DNA of 64,000 nucleotides from Felis catus (taxonomy: Eukaryota), in the NCBI RefSeq assembly GCF_018350175.1, contig NC_058383.1:2914001-2978000 (forward strand), given 5' to 3'. The notes below the pieces were generated by a model. That model had not been told where the DNA came from, searched no databases, and was given only the letters and a program-made list of their open reading frames with translations. Position 1 is the stretch's first letter. Each line of letters opens with the position of its first letter. Shown here in pieces: positions 50,502 to 62,880 of the stretch. Both the position numbers and the translations under genes were made by a program.

Positions 50502-51554
50502 TTACTGTTCATCCAGCACTGAGTACCGAATTTCTAGAAACCAATTATTAGTAATAATGGAAGGTGCGTATCTGAGATAGATTGAAGTGTAACTCAAGAT
50601 GTGATTTGCTACCTAGTTTGTTTTTAGTAAAATGTTTTTTTCCTGCATGTTTGTAACCCAGTGAAAGTTTCTAATATGAAAAGTAGATTTATTTTAAGGC
50701 AACGTATAAAAAATAATTGGTCTAACAGCATTGTGTGAATACAGATGAGATGGTCCTATTAAAATTTAGTCACAAAGTATGTATGGTAATGCAGCAAGAT
50801 TCATGCCGACTAATTACTAGTTCAAGTTGGTTGGAAACTCCTGAATTAATGGGAAGTTGTAGTATCACCGAATGAGTCCTGTCGTGGGGAAATGATACTG
50901 CCAGGGACATAAAATAGTCAAAGGCTAATACATGTGGATAACTAATTCAAAGGATGAACTTTTTTTTACCTGCCTTGTGCTTACCGGTCATTTGTCTATT
51001 TTTGTTGCTGTTGATGAGAGAATATACAAAAATGATACATTATCACTTGCCTTCAAGCTGGAATTATTTGCCTTTGTACTTAGACATAGGGACCAATTAA
51101 ATGAAAAGAAATCTGTCTTAAGTAAAATTATTACTACTAGTAGAGTGTATCTTGTAACTGTTTAATCTTGTAACTGCTAGGTTTCTTCCTTTGCATCCAG
51201 GTAATGTAAGATGAATGATGGATTATTAAATTATTTTCATAGAAAATAGGCATATTTTAAGTTAATAGTCCTTATCACTGATACCAATTAGCAGAAGAGA
51301 AATGAATTCCAGGATTTATATTTCTTAACGGCACTTTCAGGATTGTTTTTGTTATTCTTGGGGAAAATGTATGAAATTCGGCCTAGGGATCATATCTGGC
51401 ACAGAATAAATTTATTAATTAATTCAACAAATATTTGTTGAGTGCCTGTGATCCCTAGTCATTCATGTGTTCCATACATCATTTTAAAGATTGCCATTCC
51501 GTTTCTTCTGCTATTTCTTTAGAGACCTTATTTTGTGTTAATTTGCTATACAGA

Positions 51555-51760
51555 AGGTCGCCTGGGTGGTTCAGTCCATTGAGCGTCCCACTTCGGCTCA
51601 GGTCACGATCTTGTGGTTTGTGAGTTCAAGCCCTGCGTCTGGCTGTGTGCCGACAGCTCAGAGCCTGGAGCCTGCTTTGGATTCGGGGTCTCCCTCTCTG
51701 TTGGCCCCTCCCCCCTCTCACTCTGTCTCTCTCTCAAAAATAAATCAACGACAACAAAAA
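51555..51760 (+). mobile_element. CAN-SINE (SINEC_Fc-type, diverged)
   Basis: gcctgggtggttcagtccattgagcgtcc…gagcctggagcctgctttggatt…aaaataaa. Confidence 0.92.
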
Positions 51761-52559
51761 CAGTTTACCATATAGAATGCTAGGACTTCTATCACGTCCG
51801 TGTAACTTTCTGTCAGGGATAGACTTCAGTGTGAACGCACCAAAGCACCATGTGCCCAGACGCTAAAGTGCTTGAAATGTCTGGTGACTGGAAACCACTG
51901 CCTGAGCCCACATCCCTGAATCAGGTGGTCTCTCAGCCCCCACCCCCCTTCTTTACAGGATATTGCAGGGGGTCCTAATTCAACATGTGGGCAATCTCCT
52001 AGGTTCTCCCAAGGCTTCCTTTAGGCCTTGATGAAGTGTATTCTGTCTCGTTTCTTAAAGCATTCATTGAACCCTGGAAGATAAGAGAGGAGTACATTCT
52101 CCCTGTCTACCAGGCCCACGGGCAAATTTGCTTCTGTTTGGCATTTATGCCCATGTAGCATACAAACTGGGGCCCCACAATGCAATGGTGAAATAGCTAT
52201 CAACACACTGATGACATTCCCCACACCTTTGCTCTAACCCTCACTTGACGCCCACTTGATAAATGACAGGGAAAAAAGGACCAGGATCTTGTTTGGGTTG
52301 CCTGGTGGAAGTCTGAGTATTTGATGGGAGTGTGTAGCCTTATGTGAGTGGGATGTCCAAGCCTCCCTGATGGTTAAGGGGCTCACTTTGCCTTCCATTC
52401 AGAGGTCTCCTGTGTTGACAACGTATGAGGCTGCAGCTGGAGAGGTCAGTGTGGCTTCGTGTATTTTGGGTGTTGTGGTGCCTCTGTATGAAGTACGACA
52501 AGTAGATCCGGTTTGGTGACTTAGCAGGCTAGAGTTTCTGAGGAGCTGTCTTAAGCTTA

Positions 52560-52725
52560 CAGTGGCAGTTCCCTCTGGGCGTTGGAATCACTGGGGGAAC
52601 TTTTCACGCCACCAATACTCACACTGCCTCCTCCAGCCAATTGAATCGGAGGTACAACCCAGGCATCAGTGTTTTGTGAAGTTCCCAAATGATTTCAGTA
52701 TGCCGCCGAGGGTAAGAACCACTGG
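52560..52725. mobile_element. MER5A/B-like hAT relic
   Basis: cagtgg…gttggaatcactgggggaactt…cccaggcatcagtgttttg…agttcccaaatgatttc…aagaaccactg with short terminal inverted repeats. Confidence 0.7.
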
Positions 52726-53435
52726 TTTAGAGCTTTGAACAGGGCAGCTGTTGCTGCATTTTAGGGTAGATGTCATGGAAATATGTTGCGGAATTGCCTG
52801 TAGAATGGATTAAAGATTAAAGCATTTCTTTTCTCCCCATTCATAAACCATTGTGATAGCAGTCTTAACTTTTATAGAATTACCTAATTTTGCCTGATGA
52901 GATTTACTTAAAAAAGGAAATAAACACACAGCTATATCTCTCCTGAAGTCTTTTTGTAGCTTCTAATTAAGGCGGTACACACGTTCTTAGCTGAGGTAGA
53001 ACTTGAGGTACTGTGTCTTTGCGCCACTGAATGTAACATGAGTGTTATGGCTTTTTAAATGAATCAGAGCAATAAATCCAATGCTGTGTGCAAGCCAGAT
53101 AACTTCTTCTCATATGCCAACAATTATGTAATCAAAGTATAAAGTAGCCATTTAAGGATCCTTGCTCTTGAACAGAATTTAAATTTAAGAATTAGAAATA
53201 GTAATTAGCATAGATAAAAGTATCTTATTGATGGCCCGTTTAGTTGATGCAGTGAATACAAGGTGCTCTTGTGGAAACATGGGCATTTAACATCCTATCC
53301 ATATGGAAAGCATTACCTTTTGTTCAGGTTATACTGACTTCGTGTTGCTTTCTGGATACTGCGCAAGGTGTTCGTTTGATTTGCAAAGCCAGATGTGATT
53401 TGGACATTTGGCAGGCTAAAGCTTAAATTTCTTCT

Positions 53436-53663
53436 TTTTTTTTTTTTTAATTTTTTTTTTCAACGTTTATTTATTTTTGGGACAGAGAGACACAGAGCAT
53501 GAACGGGGGAGGGGCAGAGAGAGAGGGAGACACAGAATCGGAAACAGGCTCCAGGCTCTGAGCCATCAGCCCAGAGCCTGACGCGGGGCTCGAACTCACG
53601 GATCGTGAGATCGTGACCTGGCTGGAGTCGGACGCTTAACTGACTGCGCCGCCCAGGTGCCCC
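53436..53663 (-). mobile_element. Young SINEC_Fc-type CAN-SINE
   Basis: Perfect 13-bp TSD TTAAATTTCTTCT at 53423-53435 and 53664-53676. Confidence 0.97.
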
Positions 53664-54281
53664 TTAAATTTCTTCTAATACATGCCTTTTAGGGACCTAA
53701 AACATGAGAAAAACAATACTAACCACTTTTTGAAATCCCGAGTGTTCCCAGAAGTCTTTCCCGTTCCTCTAAAACTTTGTCCTCTGCTAAAATTGGTGGT
53801 GGTGTGTGGGGGCAGGTTTGTGAGTTAAAGAGTAATGTCTCTAATTAAAAGGCATGACAGATAGGTCTGTGAGATGGGATGACCTTACCAGAGGGATGCG
53901 TGGACAGCAGGCAGAGCAGTGAGTAGTCCTTCACCAGCATGCCCCCTCCTCTTCGGCCCCGTGTGCTCGATCCCGCATCGCCTCAGTTCACATTGAACAA
54001 GTGCCCTGTTGCTTTCTGGTTGACTGACGTTCTGTTTGTTACATAACATCTTGACATCCTATAAAGACTGTAATTACACAACAGAGTCCCTGCTCGTTGA
54101 CAACGATGGCAGACAGAAAGATGCAGCTGTTTATCTTGCTATTCTTGATTGAACACAGAACTTCATTTGATCTTTAGTTGACTAATGGCTAAAATTTTTA
54201 TATTTAAGGTGAACTGAGAAAATATGGGAATTTGATAGTCAGTACGTAGTTGATGCGTTTACTGTGTTCTAAGACTTTTTT

Positions 54282-54528
54282 CTTTTTTCTTTTTTCTTTT
54301 TTTATTTAAAAAAAATTTTTTTTTTCAACGTTTATTTATTTTTGGGACAGAGAGAGACAGAGCATGAACGGGGGAGGGGCAGAGAGAGAGGGAGACACAG
54401 AATCGGAAACAGGCTCCAGGCTCTGAGCCATCAGCCCAGAGCCCGACGCGGGGCTCGAACTCACGGACCGCGAGATCGTGACCTGGCTGAAGTCGGACGC
54501 TTAACCGACTGCGCCACCCAGGCGCCCC
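54282..54528 (-). mobile_element. Very young SINEC_Fc-type CAN-SINE
   Basis: CpGs retained, long compound tail, perfect 17-bp TSD TGTTCTAAGACTTTTTT at 54265-54281 and 54529-54545. Confidence 0.97.
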
Positions 54529-54644
54529 TGTTCTAAGACTTTTTTGATGTGTCTGTCTCCTTCCCTGCCTACCTACCTGCCTACCTGTCATCTATTTATC
54601 CATCTTTGCCATTCCTTGAGAACTAAAACTCTGCCTGAGTTTTT

Positions 54645-54852
54645 TTTTTTTAACGTTTATTCATTTTTGAGAGAGAAAGAAAGCACACATGCGAGCAGGG
54701 GAGGGGCAGAGAGAGGGAGAGAGAATCCCAAGCAGGCTCCTCACTGTCGGCACAGAGCCTGACGCGGGGCTTGAGCTCACGAACCATGAGATCTTGACCT
54801 GAGCTGAAATGGAGAGTCAGATGCTTAAGTGATTGAACCATCCACATGCCTC
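54645..54852 (-). mobile_element. CAN-SINE (older subfamily)
   Basis: gagaatcccaagcaggctcc…gagatcttgacctgagctgaaatggagagtcagatgctt. Diverged TSD. Confidence 0.92.
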
Positions 54853-55370
54853 CTCCACGTGAGTTTTGAACCTTTAAGACCAGAACTCAGTCCACTGAGT
54901 TATCATATTCATCAAATTTTAATGATGGTTATATATTCTCAAAAAAGAATTAAAAGTGTTACTTTCTGTGTAGTGTGCTCTTCTCACTACAGAGTATTGT
55001 TTCTTTTATTTCTAACTTATATGTATTTATAAGGAAGTAACCATGCTGATAAAATAGTGATAATTAAGAAATTTGATTTTCTTGGACTATTATTTAGCTC
55101 ACTAAAGAAAAGGAGAATTACAGAAGGAATTTTATGAATCCTATCTTCATGAGTCAGGGCTTTTGCAATGCTAGGGCTTTTCAGCTTCAATTTCTCTCTT
55201 GCAAGGTTAAAAGAATCATTCTTGTGTTAGCGCACCAATACTGTGTTTGATCATCCTGTCTTGCTTATAACATAGCCTCTGTGACTTACGGAACATTGGA
55301 TTTGCTATAGTAGATCAGTCTGAATTTGTCTCTGCATGGCCAAATGACTGAATTGGCCTCAAAGTTCCAC

Positions 55371-55450
55371 TACAGATCCTTCGTCCAGTCTTCCAGTTTG
55401 AATTGGAAATTACAAATCCTTCGTCCAGTCTTTGAGTTTGAACTGGAAAC
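55371..55450 (+). repeat. Two-copy 40-bp tandem repeat (35/40 identical)
   Basis: tacagatccttcgtccagtcttccagtttgaattggaaat / tacaaatccttcgtccagtctttgagtttgaactggaaac. Confidence 0.92.
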
Positions 55451-57477
55451 ATCTTTCAAGCAGCTCATAAGTTGTTTCGCGTTTCAGCCAGTTGTCACAG
55501 CCACAACCAGCAAAGGAGCAAGTTCTGGTAGAGACTTGTCTGTGAAGGAGGCCAGGTTTGTGTTATATCTAGGTGAGTTTTGAAAACTTAGGTTTTGTTT
55601 TTTCTTCAAGTAAACTTTGATCCCATTTATTTAGAAGCCAGATACGTTCCAAGAAACTAAAATAGCTTAAGTCCTTTTTTTATTGCATAGGGAAGACTTT
55701 TATGCTTTTAAAACTTGAATCAGTACTTTTTTTTTTTTTTAACTTTATACACAGTTTTCATGAGTTTTCTTGTATGTTATAGTCAAGATTGAAGATAGGA
55801 ATTCGGAGGTGGGGGTGAGTAGTGGTAGGAGCACTGAGGAATGAGCGGGGCATCATACCTGGAAGAGAAGAAGGGACTAGACTGGTCCAGGGGCATTTGG
55901 GGGGGGGGGTGGTAACGATCCCTGAGTCAGTAATAACTTCTGAGGGTATCATAACATTATGTTATAGTAAGAAAATTAGTGTTAGAAATTACAAATTTTT
56001 GAAAAAGGGTTATGTTTTATATATTTTGTTAAAGAAATCAGGGACTATATTGGGGCAATCATCAAAGTTACTAAAACTTTAACCTAATTTTTAAAATGAT
56101 ACGAGCAAACATTTGTCACCTATTTGAATTGCCTCCTTCACTGATTGTGCTGCATAATTCAGAGATTACCACTTACACTTTACTTGGTAAATGTTCATCG
56201 TGTGCGAGAAGTGACATGGGGACTTCTCCACTCTGTGGTCCCATGGTTTCAGGTCTGTCTCTCTACCTGCAACCAAACTTTACGTTGTAGGCCTGTCTTC
56301 AAGACGTTCACGTTTAGCGCCTTTTTCTCCTGTGGGAACCTGCTACCTGCTGTCACTCAAATGCATTTGTGGAAAAAGAGCGAATCATAGAACATTTGGG
56401 GAAACATCCGAAGGGTCCGTGGGCTGGGAAAACTTACCTTCTTAAGATGAAAACATGGGGACTGATTCAAGAGTGTCTTTTGGGAATAGTTCATTCCCTC
56501 TTGGGCTGCGTAAATGCTATTCCTCTCTGTGAAGTGTAGGAATTAACCTATTAATTCTCACTGTTGATGCCGCCTTTCTAACTGTGGTGCTGGAAGTGTC
56601 TGAGAACCACCACCCTGCCTGTTAGAGGGCGGACCTCTGCCCACAGAGCGTACCTTCCACCCATTCGTAAAGCATATCTGTAAGTGACGGGCTTGCTCTG
56701 CTCTCTGTATTTAAGAACTCTTGGGATGGGAAAAAGGAGCTTTCCCACATTTTAAATTTGTAATAAAGGCGTTGAAAAGCCTTGTGTCTTTGTAAAGTGC
56801 TGCTACTCCAGGGCATTCCCTGTCTTGGTTAATGAGGGACATCACTGTCCGTCTCTAATGCTTGAAGCTTCAGCACAATCTCTGCCCCTTCCTTAGCATC
56901 CACAGCCTGCTGGAGACCCCACACTAGGACTCAGAACTGTTCTCTCGTTGGGCCCTCCCTCTCGTTTTTAGTTAACCATAGTTCAGGGCCCGCACTTGGA
57001 GCAGGGAACAGTTCTCACTGGTTTCTCTTTGTTGAGGCTCTCCATAATGTAGACGAAATTACTCTTTAAAAAACGGTGGTGATGTCATGCTTCGCCCAAG
57101 ATCTCCGTTGATTTTGGCTGCATCGCTGCCAGCTCGGTTTCCTCCACTGACTGCCCTGCTCCACCTGCCCCACTGGTCCGCCCAGGAGGCTGCGTGCCAT
57201 CATGGCTCTGTGCCTTTGCCCATGCTCTTCTCATTGCTTTGGAGGCTCTAAAAACATGGAAGCCAAGGAGGTGACATGCCACCTCTGTCCCGAACGCACA
57301 TCTTACTCTGTCATAGGTCTGTTTGCCTGCGCTTGTCACAATTTCAGTTCATGAATTCTGAGTGAATTTGTATATAATTAGAGCGTGTTGATCATATGTC
57401 CTGTCACTGTAATATAAAATGGGATCTTGACTGTAAGATAAACTTACTGACAAACTTTTCCAAGGGAGAGAGACCAT

Positions 57478-57730
57478 CTAACATAATGGTTAAGACGTGG
57501 GACTTGAACTCTGGGCAGTGCATGGCTCGGTCTTGAACCCCTGCTCCACCATGGAGTCCGTAGCTGCACGACAGACCTCTGGGCCAGCCCTTCCCCTGCA
57601 TCACTGAAGTGACTATAACGTGCTGCCCGTCTTATGCGGTTGCTGCAGGAGCGAAGAAGCTAGCATGTCTGAAGCTCTGAGGACAGTGTCTGGTATGGAG
57701 CCATGTGCCGTATATATCAGCTCTTGTGAC
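57478..57730 (+). mobile_element. MIR SINE
   Basis: cataatggttaagacgtgggacttgaa…tcttgaacccctgctccacca…gaagctctgaggacagtgtctggtat. Confidence 0.7.
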
Positions 57731-58750
57731 TGTCACTGTCATCCATCCATCGCCACACACAACCCCACGTTGTGTATGTATACAGCCATATGTGAATTAT
57801 ATACTATATGTTACATACGTTTTAAAGTTTCTCTAGCTTCTCAGGGTATCAAGCTGTCACCACTGTGTCATCGGCATTATAGAAGGATGTTGTCTGTATC
57901 TACTTTTGTTTTGCTTCCTAATCATAAATATAGGGAAAATAATATTTGGCCTTGGCCAGTGAGTTGATTGGAACAGGTTGCATGGCGAAGGCGAAAATTT
58001 AAAACTGAGGATTCCGATCAAGTGTAATACATTGGCTTATGCTTCATAAACTTCAAAATAATGAATTTTCACATGTTGACTTTGCCTGTTTCATGAAGAA
58101 TGTCTAGATTTTGAATGTTTTGCTGCTCAAGTCCATTTCATTTGTTAGGTTCTGAAAGCATAAAGGATGGGCCATTGGTTAATTCATTTAGTGTAGTGAA
58201 GGTATACAAATTCAAGCTAAATTTGGCTAATTTCTTCTACAGACTAGAAGATAAAAATCCTTTTGCCTCCCACAGTTAGGTTAGTAGTGCATGACCAGAC
58301 TCCTTTTCAGAGGTCACCTGATTTAATTGTGGCTGTGAAGCAGCCGGATAATCTGAGTCCCCGCGTTCCTGTTTCTGTCCCCATACATTATCAGCACAGA
58401 ATGATTAAATTGCTGTTGGTCATGTCATTTTCCCAGTGAAAAACGTTGGCAGCGAAAACGAGAGTTAAAATCCTTCTAGTTGGGAATGTTTATTAATGGA
58501 CAAGACAGTGCTTATTCCTAAGGCTTTGTTTGAATCTATAGTTTTAACTCAAGACAGAGACGCCGATAACTGCCCCAGCAAGGACGTTTCCTCTCCATGA
58601 GCGCGACGGCTACTCCTGTCTTTTTTTAGATGGTTTTGCCCCAAACGTAGGCATCTCCAGTGCCGAAATTGTGAAACATATACACGCAGGGGCCTGGTGC
58701 CTGTAGATTTGTGTGAATAAATACATTGTTCGCGAGGAATGTCAAGATAC

Positions 58751-58870
58751 CTACTCTATTTTATGTTTTATTTTTTTATTTTTTGATGGATGATGTTTAT
58801 CACTCTTTTGTAGCTCTCTGCTGCAGACATCATTGCACCTTTATTATGAACGTGCTGTGGCTTTTCAGTC
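58751..58870 (+). repeat. Dispersed duplication, copy 1
   Basis: Homologous to 60658-60762. Identical 37-bp core at 58808-58844. Confidence 0.9.
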
Positions 58871-60657
58871 CTTGCTGTTCCAGAGTGAGTTTCTGAAGCA
58901 GCGGGAGTGAGATGGTTTTGCAAATTACAAAATTATACCACGTATGATCTTGTCTCAACCTGTACCACATGTATCCTCACAGAAGTAACATTTAATTACG
59001 GCGCTGTCCTTGCTGATAGCAGGCATGGTATGGCACCTGTGAAGATTATATTGTTGGTAGTAAGGTGGGGTAAAAAGAGGTTTAAAGATGAAGGAATAAA
59101 ATCACATACCTTGATAAACCCCTTAGATGCCACTTAGGCTGTGGAGAGCTCTGATTTTGTTTCCTCTCTTTACTCCCACAATAAAAATGCAAACAATAAT
59201 TTGACAGACAAACACTGTCAGACGCTGTAACCCCATCTAATCCCCTCACTGCACATCTTAATCCCTGATGGACTTCTCTCAGATACATGGGCTGTGAGGT
59301 TAGGGAGTTTCTGGATGTGACACTTTTTCCAGAGTCTCCCAGTGACAGATGCGGTGACCTTATCATGCAGACAGCTCTATCCAGTTTGACAGTCTGGCCA
59401 TCTGGCTTCTATCGATCATAATTGATTTAAAGAAACCAGCCCTAGAAAGTTGGTCATTTAAAACCCTCAGGCTAAATTGGCCTACATTTAATTTGAAGTT
59501 TTAAACCTTTGTTCTTGAAACTTGTTTTGAATTGATTTGTGAAGTTAATCCTAGTTTCTTGTCTGCGTGAGGTTTTGGGGTAAAAAAAAAAACAAACAAA
59601 CCTTGGAGCTTGCCTTGAAAATGTCACCTTTTATGAGGCATATTTTACACTCTATATATGCATGTGTTCTCATGGTTTCAATTTACATCTCTTGGTACAT
59701 TTTGCAGGAGTTGAAAACTTAGGTGTGCTGAGTATTAGTCCTGGCCTCCTCCTCTCCCAACTTGCTAGATTGGCGCTTATGACTACACCTCTCACGGTCT
59801 CTAGACTCTACATGGGGGCGATGGTAGTAGGTGTTTCGCAGCAAGGCTGGGCGACTCAAGTGAAATAACCCATGTCAGGTGCTTCATGTGCTGCAGAGCA
59901 CATGGTGGGGGAGAAGTGAAGGTTTATTTACTATTGATTACTGTTACTAATTACCAGCTGCTGTTAATAGGTGTTTCTACTTCCTCTCTTGAATCACGAT
60001 TCCCTCTCACTTTGTTCTCTTCCAGTGTCACTGACACAGTGGCTCAGTCTTTTACCTGCTTCTTCATCTCTCTGCCCGTTCAGTATTGGAATTTCTTGGG
60101 ATTTGACTTGCCGGCTTTAGCTTCGTTGACTTTTTGCTCTCTGTGGATAATCTCAGGCCCAGCCAAGATTGCAGCTCTCACTTGCATGCTGATGTGGTTG
60201 TCCCCAACCCAGATCTCTCTTTTGGGCTTCTGAAAGGCCCTTCTTAGCCTGCTGCATGGCAGCTGAGAGGACCCAGTGGCCATAGGGGCAGGTGAAGATC
60301 AATTTGGGAGTGGATACCATTGATCTGGAGCCAACTTTTATTGGTTAATTGGTAAGAATTTGTGGGAATCCCACATTAATTAAATGGTAGGTGTTTTGTC
60401 CTTTGTTTTGTAACATCTGATGTCGGCATATCACATGATAACACAAATACATTTCAGTCAGCTTGGTGACTGAACTGGTTATGATGCTGCCTCTGGAGTT
60501 AGTTGTTTTAGAAAAATCTAGTTTTCTGAATTGCCGAGACTGTACCCAGCACAGCACTAAGTGGTTTCTTTGAGATGGACATCTTTCCAGATTAGTTGAA
60601 TGTTCTGATTTGACAATTACTAGTTGCATAACTAAGTAGCCTATGTTCCTTGGCCAG

Positions 60658-60762
60658 CTACATTTTGTGTTTTACTTTCTGATAGAGGATGCTTAGCACT
60701 TGTTGTAGCTCTCTGCTGCAGACATCATTGCACCTTTATCCATGTGCTGTGGCTTTCCAGTC
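60658..60762 (+). repeat. Dispersed duplication, copy 2
   Basis: Homologous to 58751-58870. Identical 37-bp core at 60703-60739. Confidence 0.9.
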
Positions 60763-61729
60763 ATTTTAATAAGGCATTAACTTGCTTTATTAAAACACTT
60801 GATTCACCAATCATTCCTTAATGCCTTAGCCATATTTTTGGCTATTTTTGTTTTCATTTTTTTTTAAATTGTGAGGTGTATACTACATGAGGAAGAGTAC
60901 ATCAAATGTGTGTTACTGTTTAAAGAATAATATTAAATGAACACCTAAGTACACAGCTTTCAGATTAAGGAAACATTATCAGTATCTTACAAACCACCAC
61001 GTATCCCTCCTCCAGCCTCAGAGATAAGCCCGTAATGCTTCCTTGCTTTTCTTTACAGGTTAACCGCCACCACGTCGTTATTTTGTATAAAATGATTTGT
61101 TGTTTTGAAAAATTGAGTGAGTTACATACACCTTGCTGTGTAAGAGAAGAGCGGTGTTGCCACTGCAGGTTTCCATAATTACAGAAGCTGAACTGAGCTT
61201 CTAGGTCAGGGCTGGTCTTCATTATCCTTGGGAATCTACACAGGTCCTTCTGGGGAGGGTAGTGGGCAAGGTCATGGATGAGTCCTGGGGGGAGCATAGG
61301 GCTTACTCTAGTCACAACAGGGCTGTTGGTGTGGGTCACGTGTTAGATGCCTGGCAGAAATATGGAAAGGGGATGAGCGCTTCTGTGTTTTCTGTTTCTA
61401 CATTCCTTATACCAACCCCAGCTCTCTAGAGTAGACCAGAGTAGCCATTGCAGGGTGAAAGGAGTGTCCTTAGTGGATGAAGGTGTCAAAGTGCTGTTGA
61501 GAGTTGGGGGGGGTGGGGTTGGGATAGAGTAGAAACTCCATCAACTTGTGGTTGGAACAAGCCAAGTACATACAAGAGTCTGGGTTGGGCTCACCTGGCA
61601 TTTTGTGTTGAGGTGGAAAAGATGGTTAAAGGGCTTGGGGGAGGTGGTTTGTGGTGTCATTCTGCAGCGTGTCTGTCTCTTGAGACCCATTGCTGAAATA
61701 TGGATCACTGTACCCTTTAATTGTGTAGC

Positions 61730-62880
61730 TCTGATCACAGGATCTTTTTCACTCTGTTTCATGGATACCATTTGCTTCTTGACTGTGCTGGATCCTGTGC
61801 TTCCTGTATCCCACATTTCCCTCTTTCTTAGATTACTTTCTTGTTTTGGTGGAGTACATCCTCCAGTATCTTTTGAGAGCAGGTTACCTGGGAGATGCAT
61901 GTTTTGAGATCTTACATCTCTAAAAATTTCTTTGTTCTAACTTCATTTTTAGAAGGATAGGTTAGAGAATACTTGTTTGGAAATCAGTTTTGCCAGTAAT
62001 TTGAAGATATTGTGCCATTGTCTTGCTTCCAGGATTAAGAAGTTAAAAGCCAATCTGCTTTCTATTTCTTTGATGTGATCTTGGGATTTCTCTTTGCTGT
62101 TTGTAAGAATTTCTCTTTCCCCCAGTGTTTTGAAGTTTCACAATGATATACTTGGGTGGAGATCAATTTCCTTCCATTGTGGTGGGTGCTCAGTGGGTCC
62201 TTTTAAACCCAGAACTGATTTCTTTCAGTTCTGAGTTTTCTAGAGTAATTTCCTTATGATTTTCTCTCCCTTTATTTTTTTCTGTCCTTCCTTTCTGGGA
62301 TTCCTATTATTTGGACGTTGTACCTCCTGGACTGGCCCTCTATTTCTTTTCTTTTACCTTTCTTTGACTTTATGCTCTACTTTCTTTCTGGGAGACTTCT
62401 ATAACTTCATACTCCAACTCTTTTTCCCCCTATCATTTTGTTAATTTTGTTAATTTTTAAGAGTTCTTGTTCTGTTCTTTCCCTTTTCGTAGCCTCCTGT
62501 TCGTGTTTAATAGATGCAATACTTTGATCATATCTGAAAAGTTTAATAATTTTTTTGAAATTTTCTCTTCTCTTTATAGTCTTTATTTTCCCCATGGTTG
62601 TTTTGATTTCCACCTTCTCTGTTGAAGTATTTCCATACATGACCATGAATATTAGATATGTGCTTGTAATACAGACTAGCAGGCTAAAATAAAATGCTGA
62701 TTGAAAGTGCTGAGCCTATGGGTGGGGCATGTTAACTCTGAGTAGCATTGTTGGGTGATCTGCTTGAGCTCCTTTTGGGTCACCTTTCGTGTTAGGACCT
62801 TTAGAGAACTTCTCCTGCATTGTCAGATTCCCTAGAGACAGTTTCTTCAATCCCTTACTTGGCTTTTGTTGCTTTTCTTC
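61730..62880 (-). mobile_element. Old L1ME-like fragment
   Basis: tggtggagtacatcctccagtatc…gagatgcatgttttgagatcttacat and gaagatattgtgccattgtcttgcttcc. Similar to the 19300-20090 region. Confidence 0.65.

Noticed and set aside
5943..54847. Recurring similar small ORFs (MAQSVKRPTSAQVMISRF…, PGWRSRLSVRLQPGHDLAVREFEP…) that look like a dispersed gene family
   Set aside because: All are translations of CAN-SINE copies with Pol III boxes, poly(A) tails and TSDs. They are not genes.
55371..55450. Palindrome-containing ~40-bp repeats reminiscent of CRISPR repeats
   Set aside because: Only two directly adjacent units, no spacers, no cas genes, and a mammalian context.
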